A DNA stretch of 64,000 nt from Myxococcota bacterium (GTDB lineage Bacteria; Myxococcota_A; SURF-8), in contig CAXXQS010000002.1 of NCBI GenBank assembly GCA_963674735.2, forward strand, positions 32,001 to 96,000, read 5' to 3'. Numbering within the stretch: position 1 is the first letter of the stretch; each line of letters starts with the position of its first letter. A program made the translations under genes and the position numbers. Positions 19,393 through 29,622 of this stretch are shown here, one piece after another. Under the pieces are notes generated by a model. It ran no database searches and was not told the origin of the DNA. It saw nothing but the letters and a program-made list of their open reading frames with translations.

Positions 19393-20368
19393 GTGAAGAA
19401 CATGCAGTATATCGATTACTACAAAGTGCTGGGCATCGAGCGATCCGCCAGTCAGCAAGAAGTCAACAAGGCTTTTCGCAAGCTGGCGCGCAAATACCAT
19501 CCCGACGTCAATAAAGATGCCGGGGCCGAGGATCGTTTCAAGGAAGTCAACGAGGCCTACGAGGTCTTGAAAGATCCGGAAAAACGCAAGCGTTACGATG
19601 CGTTAGGCGCAAATTGGAAGGCGGGTGACGCCTTTCAGGCTCCGCCGGGCTTCGAGGGCATGCACTTCAACTTCGGGGGCGGACGCGGCGGTGGTTTTCG
19701 CAGCAGCGGCGGCGGCTTTTCCGACTTTTTCTCCTCGATGTTCGCCGGCATGAACGGCGGCGGCGCGGCCGGCATGAACGGCGCTTTCGACATCAACGAT
19801 CTGTTCGGCCATGGGGGCGCGGGTGCATCCGGTCGGCGTCCGGCGCGGGGGCAGAACCTGCGCACCGATTTGACGGTAAGCCTGGAGGACGCCTTCCACG
19901 GGGCGAAAAAAAATATCAGCCTGCAACACAGCGACGGTCGGACGCGTCAATACGACATCGGCATTCCCAAGGGAATTCGCGACGGGCAGTCGATCCGCCT
20001 GGCGGGCGAAGGCGGCAACGGCGCGGGAGCGGCGGGCGATCTGTTGATTACGGTAAAGCTGGCCCCGCATCCGCAGTTCACTCCCAAGGGCGACGATCTG
20101 GAGACGACGGTTCCGCTGGCCCCCTATCAGGCGGCTTTGGGTGGAGCGGTGCGCATTCCCACCTTGGACGGCGAGGTGGAGATGACGCTGCCTCCGGGGG
20201 TGTCGTCGGGTGCGCGGCTGCGGCTCAAGGAACGCGGCTGGCCGACCAAAAGCGGCGGTCATGGCGACCTCTACGCCATCATCAAAATCGTCCCTGCCCA
20301 AAACCCTCACGGACGCCGAGCGCGCGCTCTACGAACAATTGCGCGATCTGGCGGAAGACGACGTGTAG
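19393..20368 (+). CDS. cbpA: Class B J-domain protein CbpA/DnaJ without zinc finger; +1 frameshift near 3' end
   Basis: DYYKVLG, HPD, G/F region, CTD; removing one C at 20292-20294 restores [18 protein letters not shown], stop at 20366-20368. Confidence 0.85.
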
Positions 20369-20435
20369 GCTTCCATCCCAAGCCACACTCCGTCATGTTG
20401 GAGCGTGGCTGCGACGGGCTCGCGGCTTCGTGCAT
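20363..20435. repeat. Dispersed palindromic repeat (GTAGGCTTCCATC / GGAGCGYGGCTGCGAC family)
   Basis: Inverted related copy at 28610-28706; partial copy at 20550-20575. Confidence 0.55.
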
Positions 20436-20633
20436 GTGTGACCAATCGGCCGGGTAGTACTGATTCATGGGTGGCATAGTCTCACTGTCGAAGACGGGGG
20501 CTGTGTGTATTTAAATGAAGATTCGATATCTCTATCCCCATACCTCGTATCGGAGCGCGGCTGCGACAGGCTCCAGACCTTACGGTTTTTACGACTCATC
20601 GCTTTTTATCCCCTTTCCCTGTAAGCCCCAACG

Positions 20634-20663
20634 AAAAAAACGGCCGCCCGCAGGCGACCGTTT
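20634..20663 (-). terminator. Rho-independent terminator of the CoA-transferase gene
   Basis: AAACGGTCGCC-TGCG-GGCGGCCGTTT followed by a T-run on the minus strand. Confidence 0.7.
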
Positions 20664-20692
20664 CAGCTTGAATCGACTCGGCGTAACCGCGA

Positions 20693-22393
20693 TCAGTCGG
20701 GCCAGGACAGCTTGAAGTTCTCGCCGGTGACGATGGACCGCTCCACCACGTCCACCTGGCCGTCTTCCGGCAACAGGATCGTGGCCTTGCTCACCGCGAT
20801 GATGTCTTTCTCGATATCGACACCCGGCATGACCTTGATCAGCAGCAGCCCCTGCTCGGTCAGCTTGAACACACCCACGTTGCTGACATAATAAACCTGC
20901 TTGCCTGCCTTGAGCGCTTCCTTGCCGCTGAAAGTGATCTGGTCCACCTTCTCGATGAATTTGCACTTGCCCGGCTGATCGATGACCAGTTGGCCGTCGC
21001 TGAGCGACATCTTCGCGCCGTCCATCCACTTGCCGGTGAAGATGATGGTTTTTGCGCCTTCCACGATGTTGGGGAAACCGCCCGGTCCCACGTAATCGAG
21101 CATGCGCGGACCGCGTTTGCTGACGTTGACGTTGCCCTCGCTGTCCACCTGCAGATAGCCCAAGACCGCAATGCTGAGCTTTTCGCGATAAAGCTTGAAC
21201 ATCCAGGAGCTCGGCTCGATGCGTTCGGGGTTGATGGCCGCGCCGAAGAAAATACCGGGCGTGGGCAGTCCACCGAAGACACCGGTTTCCGAAGTGAATT
21301 TCAGGTCGGTGTAGAGGCCGCTTTCGTACAACAGGCGGCAGACTTCTTCCGGCAGACCCACACCGATATTGATGATGTCGCCGCGCTTGGCCGCCTGGGT
21401 GAACAACGACGAGGCCAGCCGCGCCAGGGCATTTTCCACCGGACCGCGCAGGGGCGTGATCTTCAGGATGCCGTTGGCGAATTTCAGCATGTCGACGGCG
21501 CGCTGCGTGTCCACGTTGCCGCCCACGGCCAGCATGGGCCAGTATTTGCGCTGCGACACCGAACCGGTCTGCTCGTTGCGCGGGTTGACGACGATCTTGT
21601 CCACATATTTGGCTTCGAGGCTGATCTCGGCCTCGTTTTTGGGAATGATGTCGCACACCGCCGCCATGACCAGCCCGCCGTTGTGGTGCGCCGCTTTGGC
21701 GGTCTGCACGTTTTCGGTAATGGTGCTGGCGTGCTTGAAATACAGGTTGCCCTCGCTGTCGGCATAGGGGCAGGAGAACAGCGCCACCTCGACCTTCGGC
21801 AGGTGGTAGGCCAGTTTGTCGCCGCGTGCCTCCACCAGTTGCATGGTGGATGTCGGGGTGACCGGCGAGCCGGAGCCCACGCGCGGATCGAGGAAGGTAC
21901 CCACACCGGTGGTGCTTTCCAGTTCGTAGACGCCCTCGCCCTGGGATTCCAGCAACAGCGACATTTCGCCCTGGGGCAAAGTGTGAATCTCGAGATGACC
22001 GGCGTCGGCCAGTTTCAGCTGGGCCTTGGAGGTTTCCACGTGCCCGCCGATAAAGCGTGTCATCAAACCGGGGAAGTCCATTTCTTCCATGGTGCCCGGC
22101 GCGCGGCCGCGCGAGCCCTGTGCGCCCACCGAAATCCAGGTCAGGTTGCGCGGATGCTGCTCGGCCTGGAAGCGTTCCTTGATGCCCCAGAAAAAGATCG
22201 AGCAGCGCGCGTTCCCCGCCATGCCGGACGAAACGACGGTGGCGCCGTCTTCGATCAACGCGGCGGCGTCGAGCGCCGAGATGAATTTTTCGGGGTTGGC
22301 GCGCGGCGGGACGTAACTTGTGTCCCGTTTATTCCAGGTGAGACGCCAATGAATGACCTGATAAATGATCCGGGCTTTGTCGGCGATATTCAT
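20693..22393 (-). CDS. Family I CoA transferase (propionate CoA-transferase/YdiF-like, fused alpha-beta)
   Basis: HTLPQG, TGVGTFLDPR, INIGVGLPE, ETGVFGG, QVDSEGNVNVSK, GPGGFPNI, FIEKVDQITFSG. Confidence 0.9.
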   Translation of the reverse strand: MNIADKARIIYQVIHWRLTWNKRDTSYVPPRANPEKFISALDAAALIEDGATVVSSGMAGNARCSIFFWGIKERFQAEQHPRNLTWISVGAQGSRGRAPGTMEEMDFPGLMTRFIGGHVETSKAQLKLADAGHLEIHTLPQGEMSLLLESQGEGVYELESTTGVGTFLDPRVGSGSPVTPTSTMQLVEARGDKLAYHLPKVEVALFSCPYADSEGNLYFKHASTITENVQTAKAAHHNGGLVMAAVCDIIPKNEAEISLEAKYVDKIVVNPRNEQTGSVSQRKYWPMLAVGGNVDTQRAVDMLKFANGILKITPLRGPVENALARLASSLFTQAAKRGDIINIGVGLPEEVCRLLYESGLYTDLKFTSETGVFGGLPTPGIFFGAAINPERIEPSSWMFKLYREKLSIAVLGYLQVDSEGNVNVSKRGPRMLDYVGPGGFPNIVEGAKTIIFTGKWMDGAKMSLSDGQLVIDQPGKCKFIEKVDQITFSGKEALKAGKQVYYVSNVGVFKLTEQGLLLIKVMPGVDIEKDIIAVSKATILLPEDGQVDVVERSIVTGENFKLSWPD

Positions 22394-22671
22394 GAGCCTT
22401 CCTTTCCGCGAGAGCTGTGCGACCCGCTTGGGCGTGAACGCGATTCCAACTCGGAGTGATCCACCGCAATCATGAGAAATTCCACATGGCCATACCGCGC
22501 ATGCGATATTCTTTTATCATCGAATTTTGGAATTGCGTACCTTTTTTTTCGTATTCGCCGCGATAGTGAAAAGCGGGAGACAGGCGTGTGAAAAGATTGA
22601 CGGACAGGGCCAAAAGGTTGTAAATAAATGAGATTCGGTTGAATACTCACTCACCTTCGCCGGGAGATGAC

Positions 22672-23769
22672 ATGCGCAAATCTTACATCGCCGAGCAGAA
22701 GACCAAGCATGGACGGACCATTCTGGCCGTTTTGCCGATTCTGTATCCGAAAGAGATTCTCACCGCCATGAACGTGCTGGCAGTCGAGGTGTGGGGGCCT
22801 CCCGGTCCTCCGCGCGGGGACGATGCGGGCCGCATTCAAACCTACGTGTGCCCGCTAGTGCGCAACGCCATCGCTTTTCTCGCCGCCGAAGGCATCGAAG
22901 CGGTGGACGGCGTGTTGTTTCCGCACACCTGCGATTCCATCCAGGGATTGGCCACGCAGTTGCCGGACCTGGCCACGTGGCCGAGCAAACCCTTGCACTT
23001 CATCCATCCGAAAGGCGAGGAACGCAAGAGCACCCGCAAGTACCTCAAGCTCGAAATGCGCAGCCTGGCCACGGACCTCGAATCCGTCACGGGTGAGGCG
23101 CTGGATCTCGACAAGCTGGTATGGGCCATTCAACTGCATCGCGAAATCGATGCGATGCGCGCCGAACTGACCGCCAAACGGCGGTATTGCCGCCTCAACG
23201 ACCGGGAACTCTACACGCTTTTGCGGCGCGGAGAATTTCTGTGGCCGGAAGATCACCTGAACGAGTTGAAACAGGCGGTGGCGGAGCTCTCCGCCGAACC
23301 GGTGCAAACCGGCGTGCCGGTGATGATCAGCGGGATCGTACCCGAGCCCATGTCGCTGTTCGACAACCTCAACGAGGCCGGGGCCTATGTCGCGGCCGAT
23401 GACTATGCGGCGATCGGGCGGCGGGTCGTGCGCCACTCGCTCGATACCATCGGCGATCCGTTCGAAGCGTTGGCGGATCTCTATTTCAAAACACCCCCCT
23501 GCTCCACGCGCTCCGGATCGATGGCCAAACGCCGCGATTTTCTGGATGCCCTCTACCGCGAGTGCGGAGCCAAGGGGCTGGTGCTGCACAACATCAAATT
23601 CTGCGAACCGGAACTCTTCGATATTCCCCACATCCGCAAGCATTTCAGCGACCGCAACATCCCGGTGCTCTACATGGAGAGCGAGATGGAAACCGAGTTG
23701 GCCGGGCAGGCGGTGACGCGTCTGGAAGCCTTCGTGGAAATGGCGTCGAACCACAGGAGCCACGCATGA
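22672..23769 (+). CDS. 2-hydroxyacyl-CoA dehydratase subunit (HgdB/FldC-like)
   Basis: YVCPLVR, PHTCDSIQ, KFCEPELFD, TRLEAFVE. Confidence 0.88.
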   Translation: MRKSYIAEQKTKHGRTILAVLPILYPKEILTAMNVLAVEVWGPPGPPRGDDAGRIQTYVCPLVRNAIAFLAAEGIEAVDGVLFPHTCDSIQGLATQLPDLATWPSKPLHFIHPKGEERKSTRKYLKLEMRSLATDLESVTGEALDLDKLVWAIQLHREIDAMRAELTAKRRYCRLNDRELYTLLRRGEFLWPEDHLNELKQAVAELSAEPVQTGVPVMISGIVPEPMSLFDNLNEAGAYVAADDYAAIGRRVVRHSLDTIGDPFEALADLYFKTPPCSTRSGSMAKRRDFLDALYRECGAKGLVLHNIKFCEPELFDIPHIRKHFSDRNIPVLYMESEMETELAGQAVTRLEAFVEMASNHRSHA

Positions 23770-25085
23770 TCACGCGACGACTGCAATTCGAATTGGCCGG
23801 GCACGTACTCGGTCCGGCTTTGATGGCCTACGACCGTTGGAACAGCGAGCGACGCGCCAAAAAGCGCAAACCGCGCGACACGCCCTTCGGCCCCGGATTG
23901 GAAAGTGCGAAGAAGCTGAAAGAAATCATGACGATGCACTATTTCCAGGGACGCTACGCCGATGGCGCGGTGCCCGTGGCCTGGGTGACCAGCGGCTTTC
24001 CTTCGGAAGTTTTGCGCATTCTGGGTTACTACGTCATCTACCCGGAAAATCACGCGGCCCTGTGCGGAGCCAAACGTCAGGTGCCCGAGATTTCGGAGGC
24101 CGCCGAGCAGTTCGGTTACGCCCGCGATCTGTGCAGCTACGCGCGTACCGACATCGGCAACGTGCTCAAGAACAATACGCCGGTGGGACGGTTGCCCAAG
24201 CCCGACCTGCTGTGCTGCTGCACCAACATCTGCCAATCGGTGCTTTACTGGTACCGCGCCCTGGCGGAACATATGAACGTGCCGCTGGTTCTGGTGGATA
24301 CGCCGTTTATTTACGGCGACATGAAAGATCACCATGTGGACTACGTGAAGGACCAGCTTGAAGAACTGATCGCGGTGGCCGAGGAGGTCAGCGGCAAGCA
24401 CGTCACCCAGGAAAAGCTGGTGGACGTCATGACGCTGGCGCTCGAAGGCTCCAACCTGTGGGGCCAATGTCTGGAAATCGCGCGCGCCAAACCGTCGCCC
24501 TGGACCGGCTTCGATACCTTTTTCCACATCGCTCCCATCGTCAGCATTCGCGGCACCAAGGAGTGCACGGCCTACTACCGCCTGCTGAAAGACGAATTGG
24601 AAGACCGCGTGGCCAAGGGCATCGGCGGCATCAAGAACGAGCAATACCGCCTGCTGTGGGACAATCTGCCGATCTGGTTCAACGTGCGCGAACTGGCCAC
24701 CCTGTTCGCCGAACGCGGCTTCAACTTCGTTTGCGCCACCTATTCGAACGCCTGGGCCGAGGCGGGCCGCCTGATGGCTCCGCAAAATCCCATCGCGTCG
24801 GCCGCCAAGGCCTATATGATGGTTTACCTCAACCGCGACTTGTCCAACCGCCTCGAAACCATGAAGGCCTTGGCCAAGGAATACGACGTGCAGGGGGCGG
24901 TGCTGCATTCCGATCGTTCCTGCAAGCCCTATTCCGTGGGTCAGATCGACGTCAAGCGCCGCCTGTCCGAAGACATCGGCATCAAGGCGCTGGTGCTGGA
25001 GGCCGACCACAACGACCCGCGTCTGTATTCGGAAGAACAAGGCACCACCCGCCTGCAAGCATTTATGGAGAGTTTCAGTGAGTAG
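23766..25085 (+). CDS. 2-hydroxyacyl-CoA dehydratase subunit (HgdA/FldB-like)
   Basis: YPENH, DLCSYAR, LPKPDLL, NICQ, RSCKPYS, TRLQAFME; ATGA overlap with previous gene. Confidence 0.9.
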   Translation: MITRRLQFELAGHVLGPALMAYDRWNSERRAKKRKPRDTPFGPGLESAKKLKEIMTMHYFQGRYADGAVPVAWVTSGFPSEVLRILGYYVIYPENHAALCGAKRQVPEISEAAEQFGYARDLCSYARTDIGNVLKNNTPVGRLPKPDLLCCCTNICQSVLYWYRALAEHMNVPLVLVDTPFIYGDMKDHHVDYVKDQLEELIAVAEEVSGKHVTQEKLVDVMTLALEGSNLWGQCLEIARAKPSPWTGFDTFFHIAPIVSIRGTKECTAYYRLLKDELEDRVAKGIGGIKNEQYRLLWDNLPIWFNVRELATLFAERGFNFVCATYSNAWAEAGRLMAPQNPIASAAKAYMMVYLNRDLSNRLETMKALAKEYDVQGAVLHSDRSCKPYSVGQIDVKRRLSEDIGIKALVLEADHNDPRLYSEEQGTTRLQAFMESFSE

Positions 25086-25842
25086 TCCACACGCCATCGG
25101 CGTCGATATCGGAAGCACCACCTGGAAAGCGGTCGTCATCGATGCCGCCGGAAACATGTTGACCCATCGTATCGAGGCGACCGATCCGCTGATCGATGCA
25201 CAAACCGTCCGCGTTCTCGATGAATTGCGCGCCGATTGCGGAGCGCCCGCCGATATCCCGGTGGCTGCCACCGGCTACGGGCGCAAGCGCGTCAAAGCCA
25301 CGCGCGTGCTCACCGAAATCACCTGCCACGCCAAGGGGGCTTTTCACCACCTGAAACGGGCCGGGGTGTTGATCGACATCGGCGGGCAGGACACCAAGGT
25401 CATCCACATCGGGGCGGCCGGTGAAGTGATGGACTTTCACATGAACGACAAATGCGCGGCCGGGACCGGCCGTTTCCTGGAAGTCATCCTGGCGCGGCTC
25501 AAGGTACCGCTGGACGAGATCGGTCCCCGAGTGGCGCAGGCCACGCGTGCCGTACCGGTGTCGAGCACCTGTACCGTCTTCGCCGAGAGCGAGGTGGTGT
25601 CGCTGGTCGCCCAGGGCGAGGATGTAAACAACATCGTCAAGGGCATCCTGCAATCGCTGGCTTCGCGTGTTACGGCCCTGGCCGGTGCGCTGCCCAAAGA
25701 TCTCGAATTGATGATGAGCGGCGGTGTGGCACTCAACCCGGCCATGGTGGCGGCGTTGTCGGAAGGCGCACGGCGTCCGCTGACGGTCTTGCCCGAGCCG
25801 CAGTTGGTGGGGGCGTTGGGCGCGGCTCTGTCCGTACGCTGA
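25078..25842 (+). CDS. Acyl-CoA dehydratase activase (HgdC-like ASKHA ATPase with [4Fe-4S])
   Basis: GVDIGSTT, ATGYGR, EITCHAKG, DIGGQDTK, MNDKCAAGTGRFL, STCTVFAESE. Confidence 0.93.
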   Translation: MSSPHAIGVDIGSTTWKAVVIDAAGNMLTHRIEATDPLIDAQTVRVLDELRADCGAPADIPVAATGYGRKRVKATRVLTEITCHAKGAFHHLKRAGVLIDIGGQDTKVIHIGAAGEVMDFHMNDKCAAGTGRFLEVILARLKVPLDEIGPRVAQATRAVPVSSTCTVFAESEVVSLVAQGEDVNNIVKGILQSLASRVTALAGALPKDLELMMSGGVALNPAMVAALSEGARRPLTVLPEPQLVGALGAALSVR

Positions 25843-25908
25843 ACGGCGGGCGTCGTCGTCGGATCTTGTTTTATGAGTCGAGACCGAATTGAAACGGGGA
25901 GAAAAATC

Positions 25909-26256
25909 ATGAAAGCCGCGCTGTTTGCCTTCAATGGCGAGCCGATGTGTTTCGTTCACGTTCTACTCAACGCCTTCGATATGAAGGAAAAGGGTTGGGA
26001 GGTCGTCATCGTGATCGAAGGCTCCGCCACCAAGCTGGTCAAGGATTTCCACGACGATCCGTCGCTGCCCTTTGCCAAGCTGTATGCGAAGGCCGTCGCC
26101 GAGGGGCTGGTGTCCTGCGTGTGTCAGGCCTGCGCCGCCAAGATGGGCTCGAAGGCCAGCGCCGAAGAGCAGGGACTTGAACTCTGCGGCGAATTGAAAG
26201 GCCACCCCAGCATGGCGCGCTTCGAAGAAGACGGCTACCGCGTGTATACCTTCTAG
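25909..26256 (+). CDS. DsrE-like protein
   Basis: FAFNGEPMCFVHVLLNA, IEGSATK, VCQACA, GHPSM. Confidence 0.8.
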   Translation: MKAALFAFNGEPMCFVHVLLNAFDMKEKGWEVVIVIEGSATKLVKDFHDDPSLPFAKLYAKAVAEGLVSCVCQACAAKMGSKASAEEQGLELCGELKGHPSMARFEEDGYRVYTF

Positions 26257-26380
26257 GGAACGGGTTCGGTAAAGGGGGAATGGGCGAGAGGATACTCATC
26301 GTTTGGGTGGTTAGACCGTTATTTTGGCAATCAGGTAATTCATGAAACTCGAGGGGACCACCAATATGCATTGGGTGTCT

Positions 26381-28387
26381 TCATTCCTGAATATAATCAA
26401 AGTTCAACCATTCACGCTTCATGTCTTTGAGTCGTTTAAACCTTTCAGGATCGTTTTTCAGTAATTCTTTTACCTTTGTTGGCCGGAATTTATTTAGCCA
26501 TTTCATTTTATTGCTTTTGTAATTTTCTTGGTTGCGAGTCAAGGGAACCGAAAAGCGGTGACCATTTAGTATATATAAATCAGAAAGACGTTGAGCATTT
26601 TGTGTAGCCACGACCCTCTCGTTTAGGTCGAAAATTATAGTCCAATAAGTATAATCTTCCGTTGGGTTGTCAGTCAATATCCAATGCTTGACTCTCTCGG
26701 AGGGTAGATTCTGGATATATGAGGGGATACGTTCATTGCTGGTTGGAGGAACGTAATATGCGTATTCAAAACTAGGAGGTTGTTCGCAGGTATATTTCGA
26801 AAAATGCATGTCGTAGTGAAAAATGACGAAGCGGTTTTCCGAAATTTTTGTTTGGTATAGGTTTGCGGCTCTGAAACTAGCACAGCCAATGGTTGCACGA
26901 TGTAATGATGCTTGGCCCAACTGTGCACCATCGAGATGAGTAACAGGTAAATCGCCGCATGGAACAATCCCACAACCTTCAGGAAGGTATTCAATCTGAG
27001 ATTCGCCATTTTCATTGAAAAGCAGGCTTTCATCCACCCCAAGGCAGGCGGCATCAAGTTTTGCCTCCCACAAATTTGCGCCTTCCAGATGTGCACTTTG
27101 AAGTTGTGCTCCTTCCATGTGGGCACCCCAAAGATCGGCTCCCATCAGTTCGGCGCGTTTCAGTTGGGCATCGATTAAATTGGCGTTGGATAAGTTGGCT
27201 TCTTCAAGGATTGCTCCACTAAGATCGGCCGATTGAAGAAAAGCGCCGCGCAAATCAGCTCTCATCAGATTGATGTTTGGAAGCTTTGCACCTGCGACTC
27301 CCTTCTGGGATTTGGAATCTGCTGGAAGAGAGAGGCAACTATGCGCCAAATCAGCCGGGGGAATAGTCCAATGAATGACTCTGAAGAAGTCCCATTGAAA
27401 AATAACCATGATTGCCGCGATGAAAAACAATACGGGGGAGATTTTACGCCAGACTGCAAGACTACACAAAACAAATGGAGGATTTGTTCGATTTATTTGG
27501 TGTCTAATCTCGATACGTATTCCTATGTAGATCATGATAATTGCCAGGAAAACCAACGCGATGAGGCCGATTGCTTGCGAAGCAATTATGTCATGGTGAT
27601 ACAACCAACCATCCATCGTTGATCGCAGAAACAACAAGTCATACCAATATTTGAAAACCAGGAATGGGGCGGCCCACCAAGACACAAACCCAAATACAAG
27701 AATAAGAAATATTTGGTATGTGCCACGCTGCCTTACCACAAAAACACCGATCCAGGGATATGGTTTATCTTTATCAATTCCGGGTAGTCTCCGAGAGTAT
27801 TTATCAAGCAACATCGTCAGGTAACCGAGGTAAATTTGCAGATAAAGAGAAAAGAAAATAATCAATAGCGGCATGATGAAGAAGCAAGCTGTGATATCGA
27901 CTTCTATCTTTAAGAATGGCAGTTCAACTAATTGTTTGTTGATGGAGTAAAAAGCCGAATCTTGGATCCCGTAAAGTGTAGCCAAACCATATGCGAGAAT
28001 AAAAACATGAATGAAGTATAGATTCCGAGTATGTTTGACCGTTTGGGCGATTGTGTCCGAGATGTGCTTTTCAATGGCTTTCTTCGAAATCGTATTAAAG
28101 ATGGAATTTTCATCACTTTTCTCTGCATTTTGGGGCTTTTTAATGGATATCCAATTATTGAAAGTCCATCGTCGTATCTCTATAAAGAAGAGATAAAAAG
28201 AAATCGTTAGAGAGGTCACAGCTAAAATGCGGATAGAACATAAGTAATAATAATCTGAAGTAGGTTTAAATAATAAGAATTCATCTCTTTCTCCCAAAAA
28301 CCACAAAACGACGGAAATTATAAATGTACCAATAGCCAATGGTAGCCAAGTGAGATTGGCTATGTATTTTTTATTATTCATTGCCAC
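26381..28387 (-). CDS. Multi-TM protein with pentapeptide repeats
   Basis: Several TM helices then ADLRG-AFLQS-ADLSG-AILEE-ANLSN repeats; visibly AT-rich. Confidence 0.8.
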   Translation of the reverse strand: MAMNNKKYIANLTWLPLAIGTFIISVVLWFLGERDEFLLFKPTSDYYYLCSIRILAVTSLTISFYLFFIEIRRWTFNNWISIKKPQNAEKSDENSIFNTISKKAIEKHISDTIAQTVKHTRNLYFIHVFILAYGLATLYGIQDSAFYSINKQLVELPFLKIEVDITACFFIMPLLIIFFSLYLQIYLGYLTMLLDKYSRRLPGIDKDKPYPWIGVFVVRQRGTYQIFLILVFGFVSWWAAPFLVFKYWYDLLFLRSTMDGWLYHHDIIASQAIGLIALVFLAIIMIYIGIRIEIRHQINRTNPPFVLCSLAVWRKISPVLFFIAAIMVIFQWDFFRVIHWTIPPADLAHSCLSLPADSKSQKGVAGAKLPNINLMRADLRGAFLQSADLSGAILEEANLSNANLIDAQLKRAELMGADLWGAHMEGAQLQSAHLEGANLWEAKLDAACLGVDESLLFNENGESQIEYLPEGCGIVPCGDLPVTHLDGAQLGQASLHRATIGCASFRAANLYQTKISENRFVIFHYDMHFSKYTCEQPPSFEYAYYVPPTSNERIPSYIQNLPSERVKHWILTDNPTEDYTYWTIIFDLNERVVATQNAQRLSDLYILNGHRFSVPLTRNQENYKSNKMKWLNKFRPTKVKELLKNDPERFKRLKDMKREWLNFDYIQE

Positions 28388-28609
28388 GCACTCCCACTGC
28401 TATTGAAGAAGAATGACAAGGTGTTGACGGCCAGTGTTGTGTTGATTATCAGTAATAGATATCATTAGGTATGCCATATGTACAGCAAAAATCAAGATTA
28501 ATTTTCATCGAAGCGGCGATGGTTTTCCGCGCTTCTCGCCAGTATGGAATTTACGCGGGAATCTCCCCCACCACCGCTCTTATTACGCTAGGTTTGACGG
28601 ATGGGTGAT

Positions 28610-28706
28610 GTTTCGAAGCCGCGCTCCTTGAGTCGCAGCCGCGCTCCGACACGACAAAAGGGGTAAGGTCTCCAATACGGAATCCGGGATGATGGAAGCC
28701 TACGCG
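28610..28706. repeat. Dispersed palindromic repeat, inverted relative of 20363-20435
   Basis: CGAAGCCGCG..GTCGCAGCCGCGCTCCGACA..GATGGAAGCCTAC. Confidence 0.55.
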
Positions 28707-28859
28707 CCGTTTTCCGCCAGATCCCGCAGTTTCCCTGCTGAAGCGAGTCTCCGACAGGCTCCCCATGTAGGAAGCAGGCTGGAAACCCTGCCATCCGTTG
28801 AAAATTTCGTTCCATTTTTTATGTTTTCGAGTTTTCTCGGCCGCTTTCGTCGTTTCCAT

Positions 28860-28890
28860 AAAAAAAAAACAAGCCGGAAAAACCGGCTTG
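28860..28890 (-). terminator. Rho-independent terminator after the tRNA
   Basis: CAAGCCGG-TTTTT-CCGGCTTG followed by a long T-run on the minus strand. Confidence 0.85.
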
Positions 28891-28900
28891 CTTAAGGACT

Positions 28901-28977
28901 TGGTAGCGGGGGCTGGATTCGAACCAGCGACCTTCGGATCATGAGTCCGACGAGCTACCGAACTGCTCCACCCCGCA
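28901..28977 (-). tRNA. tRNA-Met (CAT), initiator-like
   Basis: 77-nt cloverleaf with encoded CCA, 1x72 mismatch, A11:U24 pair and CAT anticodon; TTGACA upstream. Confidence 0.95.
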
Positions 28978-29039
28978 GCGAGGTGTATATATGAACGAAG
29001 TTCAGCTAATTGTCAAGAGATTATTCCATCGAGGCCGAT

Positions 29040-29321
29040 TTACCGGTATCCGCGATTGAATCCGCCCCGATCGTCGTTGCGACTTTGGGCGAAATTGACC
29101 CGCAAGGCGCGTCCTTCATGCTCTTTGCTGTCCATTTCCAGCGCCTTTTCCGCATCCTCGTCCTGGGCGAAGGTGACGAAACCGAAACCGCGGGAGCGTC
29201 CCGTTTCGCGATCCATGATCACTTTGGCTTCAGTAACGTCGCCGTACACGGCAAACAGGTTTTCGAGTCCTTCGTTGTTGACGGACCAGGGCAAATTACC
29301 GACATAAAGTTTATTGGGCAT
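29040..29321 (-). CDS. RRM RNA-binding protein
   Basis: RNP2 LYVGNL, RNP1 RGFGFVTF, Gly-rich tail; AGGAG RBS. Confidence 0.95.
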   Translation of the reverse strand: MPNKLYVGNLPWSVNNEGLENLFAVYGDVTEAKVIMDRETGRSRGFGFVTFAQDEDAEKALEMDSKEHEGRALRVNFAQSRNDDRGGFNRGYR

Positions 29322-29622
29322 CTGACTCCTCATTCTCGGAAGGCAAACAGTGAAAAGACCGGCCGGGCTGATTCCCGGTTACGAACCCGAGAAACACCCA
29401 AGATCATTCCAGCCGCGTAAGGGGGACGTAAAACTTGGAGGGCTTCCCACGTTCGGTGGATCGGCCTTCGGTGACGCCTTCTTCGCCACCTCTATTATTC
29501 CTACCGAAAAAAGACGTACTCGGCAAGAAAAAATGCATGTGTTACGAGTCGAGCGAAACAGCCCTTTTATCTAAAGAGGATTGTGCTATTTACCTATGGC
29601 GGGTATGCCGCCCCGCAGGGTG

